This document shows, in pieces, positions 25,985 to 28,114 of a stretch of DNA of 28,114 bases. The notes under the pieces are model-generated. The model was given only the letters and a program-made list of their open reading frames with translations, had not been told where the DNA came from and ran no database searches. The position numbers and the translations under genes are program-made. The stretch is from assembly GCA_938084645.1 (NCBI GenBank), contig CALKEP010000025.1:1-28114 (forward strand), in the 5' to 3' direction. This stretch comes from an uncultured Phycisphaerales bacterium. Its GTDB lineage: Bacteria; Planctomycetota; Phycisphaerae; Phycisphaerales; SM1A02. Position 1 is the first letter of the stretch. Each line of letters starts with the position of its first letter.

Positions 25985-26725
25985 TCAGGCTTCGGCTTCG
26001 GCGGTCTCGAGGTGGAGGATCCGATCGCAGTTCGGGCACTGCTGGACGCCGGTGTCGTTCGAATGGAGGTTCACGACGAGGTGATACGGGAGCGTGACGT
26101 GGCACGCGCCGCAGGTGTAGTCGCGATCCTTCTTGCTCAGTTCGATGACGGCGGCGAGCGTCTCGCCTTCATTGGTTTCGGCGACCTCTTCGAAGATCTT
26201 CAGCACCGCATCGGGCATTCGCGCCGCGGCGGTGGTCCGCTCGGACTCGAGTTCGCCGACCCGTTCACCGACCGCGGCGGTGCATTCCTCGTGTTCGGTT
26301 CGCGCCGCTTCGCAGAGCCGGGACTGGTTCGAGACCGCGTCGGCCATCGTCTGCGCCTCGGTCTCCGCCTGCTCGATCTTCTCCATCTCGGCGAGCTGCG
26401 TGGTCTCGATCTCGTCGCGAAGCGTCTCCAGCGACTTCATCTCCGCCAGGATGGCGCGGTACTGCTTGTCGTTGGTCGACGCGTTGAGTTCGCTGCGAAG
26501 CTTCTCGATCCGATCCTTGTAGTCGGAGGATTCACCCTCGAGGTTCGCCACCTGCGCCTGCAACTGCCGCAACTGGGACGCCTTCTCCGCGTGCTCGGCC
26601 GTGAGTTTCTGCAGTTTCCGGGTTCGGGCCGCGAGCAGATCGCCGGCGTTCTCGACCCGCGTTCGCAGGCCCCGCAACTGGCTGTCCACCCGGTACAACG
26701 ACATGAGGTCTTCGGTAAGGGTCAT
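25985..26725 (-). CDS. Coiled-coil plus C4 zinc-ribbon protein (DUF164 / CT398-HP0958-like)
   Basis: LMSLYRVDSQL start, long coiled coil with NDKQYRAILAEM, and C-terminal CGAC...CPNCDRIL. Confidence 0.9.
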   Translation of the reverse strand: MTLTEDLMSLYRVDSQLRGLRTRVENAGDLLAARTRKLQKLTAEHAEKASQLRQLQAQVANLEGESSDYKDRIEKLRSELNASTNDKQYRAILAEMKSLETLRDEIETTQLAEMEKIEQAETEAQTMADAVSNQSRLCEAARTEHEECTAAVGERVGELESERTTAAARMPDAVLKIFEEVAETNEGETLAAVIELSKKDRDYTCGACHVTLPYHLVVNLHSNDTGVQQCPNCDRILHLETAEAEA

Positions 26726-26801
26726 CCGGGAGATGGTAGCACCCCTCGCCGGCCCATTCCTGCGTTTTCCAACGTGGTGGGAAACCGGTCGCGTCGTGAC
26801 C

Positions 26802-27662
26802 TCAGCCTCCGGTCCCCAGTCGGAGCACGATCCAGGCGATCGGGCCCGCCACCAGGGGCGAATCGAGGACGTCGAGCACGCCTCCCATTCCCGGGAGCAC
26901 GGAACCACTGTCCTTCGCACCGGCGGCCCGTTTCAGGAGGCTCTCGAGGAGGTCACCGCCAGCCCCGACGATCGCGAGCACGATTCCGCCGACGAGACCG
27001 GCGAGGATCCCCAGAGCCGCGTCGGGCCGGCTTCCCTGGGAGAGCATGGCGACCCCGACCCCGACCAGCGCGGCGAACGCGATGCCGCCCAGCCCGCCTT
27101 CGATCGTCTTCTTGGGACTGAGCCATTCGATCATCTTCCGTCGCCCCAGGAGCATGCCGGTGAAGTACGCACCGATGTCACCGGCCTTCACGACGAGCAC
27201 GAGGCCCGCGACGAGCCATGCTCCGTGACGCTCGATCGCCAGCAGCCAGAAGACGGGAAGAAGTCCGGTCCAGATCGCCACGCCGGCGATCGCCGCGGCG
27301 CCGACGAACGCGCCGGGGATCCGTCGCGTCGACGCGAGGCCGATCACCGCGACCGCGAATCCGAGGACCGGTCCGAGCATCGCCACGCCGATCGCCAGCG
27401 CCGGATCGGTGATCCTCGACGCCGCGAGTCCGGCGAAGTACATCGCGAGCGCGGCGACGATCGCGAGGCCGTCGGGACACCTCGTCCCACACCCGCGGAC
27501 CAGTGCCGCGGCCTCCTTCGCGGCGATCGGAATCAGCATCGCGAACGCCACGGCGAAGACGGTGCCGGAACGGATGCCGCCGATGCCTGCGGCGTCGAGC
27601 CAGACCAGCAGGATCAGAACGCCGATCAGGATCGGGCCGGTGATCAGTCGTTGTCGAAGCAT
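26802..27662 (-). CDS. cdsA: Phosphatidate cytidylyltransferase
   Basis: MLRQRLITG, DIGAYFTG..GRRK..SPKKTIEG and GDLLESLLKR..KDSG..PGMGGVLDVLDS, in a polytopic membrane protein. Confidence 0.95.
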   Translation of the reverse strand: MLRQRLITGPILIGVLILLVWLDAAGIGGIRSGTVFAVAFAMLIPIAAKEAAALVRGCGTRCPDGLAIVAALAMYFAGLAASRITDPALAIGVAMLGPVLGFAVAVIGLASTRRIPGAFVGAAAIAGVAIWTGLLPVFWLLAIERHGAWLVAGLVLVVKAGDIGAYFTGMLLGRRKMIEWLSPKKTIEGGLGGIAFAALVGVGVAMLSQGSRPDAALGILAGLVGGIVLAIVGAGGDLLESLLKRAAGAKDSGSVLPGMGGVLDVLDSPLVAGPIAWIVLRLGTGG

Positions 27663-27710
27663 GTCGTTTCTCGCTGGGGCCGTCGGCGGTCGAGGCGTGC
27701 CGGGATCGCA

Positions 27711-28049
27711 TCAGTATCTGGGAATGCCGGAGTCGATCTCGATCGACCAACGATCGATGCCTCCCGCGAGCGACCGGGCATCCGAGAATCCCTGCTCACG
27801 AAGGAATGCGACGACCTGGAGGCTGCGCACGCCGTGGTGGCAGAGCACGATGACGAGGTCGTCGGCGTGGTCCTCCAGCTCGGGGAGCCGCGACTTGATC
27901 TCGCCCATCGGAACGTGCAGGGTGCCGTCGATCGACGCGATCTCGACCTCCGGGGTCTCGCGGCAGTCGATGACGAGCGGGACTTCGCCGCCGGTGCGGA
28001 GCGACTGCAGGTCGCCGGGTGCGATCTCCCATGGATGGTCGGTGCTCAT
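27711..28049 (-). CDS. Rhodanese-like domain protein
   Basis: IDCRETPE..ASIDG, active-site loop CHHGVRS and SLAGGIDRWS..D..IPRY. Confidence 0.92.
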   Translation of the reverse strand: MSTDHPWEIAPGDLQSLRTGGEVPLVIDCRETPEVEIASIDGTLHVPMGEIKSRLPELEDHADDLVIVLCHHGVRSLQVVAFLREQGFSDARSLAGGIDRWSIEIDSGIPRY

Positions 28050-28114
28050 TCGGTGGTCCTCGGTGCGGTGGCGGCGTCCGCGGGACGATCGAACGCCGGG
28101 CTGATCGTCCAGCC
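28046..28114 (-). CDS. Probable 3' end of a gene extending beyond the window
   Basis: Open frame GWTISPAFDRPADAATAPRTTE* whose TGA overlaps the rhodanese ATG (ATGA coupling). Confidence 0.45.
   Translation of the reverse strand, partial: GWTISPAFDRPADAATAPRTTE

Noticed and set aside
26099..26113. CxxCH (CGACH) heme c motif
   Set aside because: It is the first CxxC of a C4 zinc ribbon in a protein with no export signal.
1..28114. tRNA, rRNA or riboswitch
   Set aside because: No cloverleaf or recognisable conserved RNA motif seen in the intergenic gaps. An Infernal/tRNAscan run would be needed to exclude them formally.

Overview
High-GC bacterial chromosomal window, almost fully protein-coding, with about 25 CDSs. 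I found no rRNA, tRNA, CRISPR array, transposase or integrase. The gene content (TPR plus ASPIC/UnbV-type FG-GAP pair, TPR-YggX fusion, MoxR/DUF58/BatA-vWA cluster) suggests Planctomycetota, possibly Phycisphaerae; this is an inference. Order: acyl-CoA dehydrogenase, CoxG/SRPBCC protein, thioredoxin-like lipoprotein, TPR and FG-GAP lipoproteins, hslV without hslU, BFD-like ferredoxin, a secreted hypothetical, a 12.5 kb MoxR-vWA operon, TPR-YggX, a three-gene minus-strand regulatory cassette, cutC-like, pyrD, zincin, zinc-ribbon protein, cdsA and rhodanese. Three items stand out. (1) At 21062-23498, an XRE-HTH/TPR regulator is followed 15 nt later by a small signal-peptide ORF, a perfect 16-bp hairpin, an 18-bp palindrome and an excisionase-type HTH gene; this layout resembles Firmicutes RRNPP/arbitrium peptide-signalling loci. 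(2) An iron-type ABC binding protein and a permease fused to an NHL beta-propeller sit inside the MoxR-vWA operon, with degenerate EAA loops and no ABC ATPase. (3) TANNNT boxes recur 7-9 nt before start codons, suggesting leaderless transcripts. All family calls come from motif recognition by eye, not database searches.
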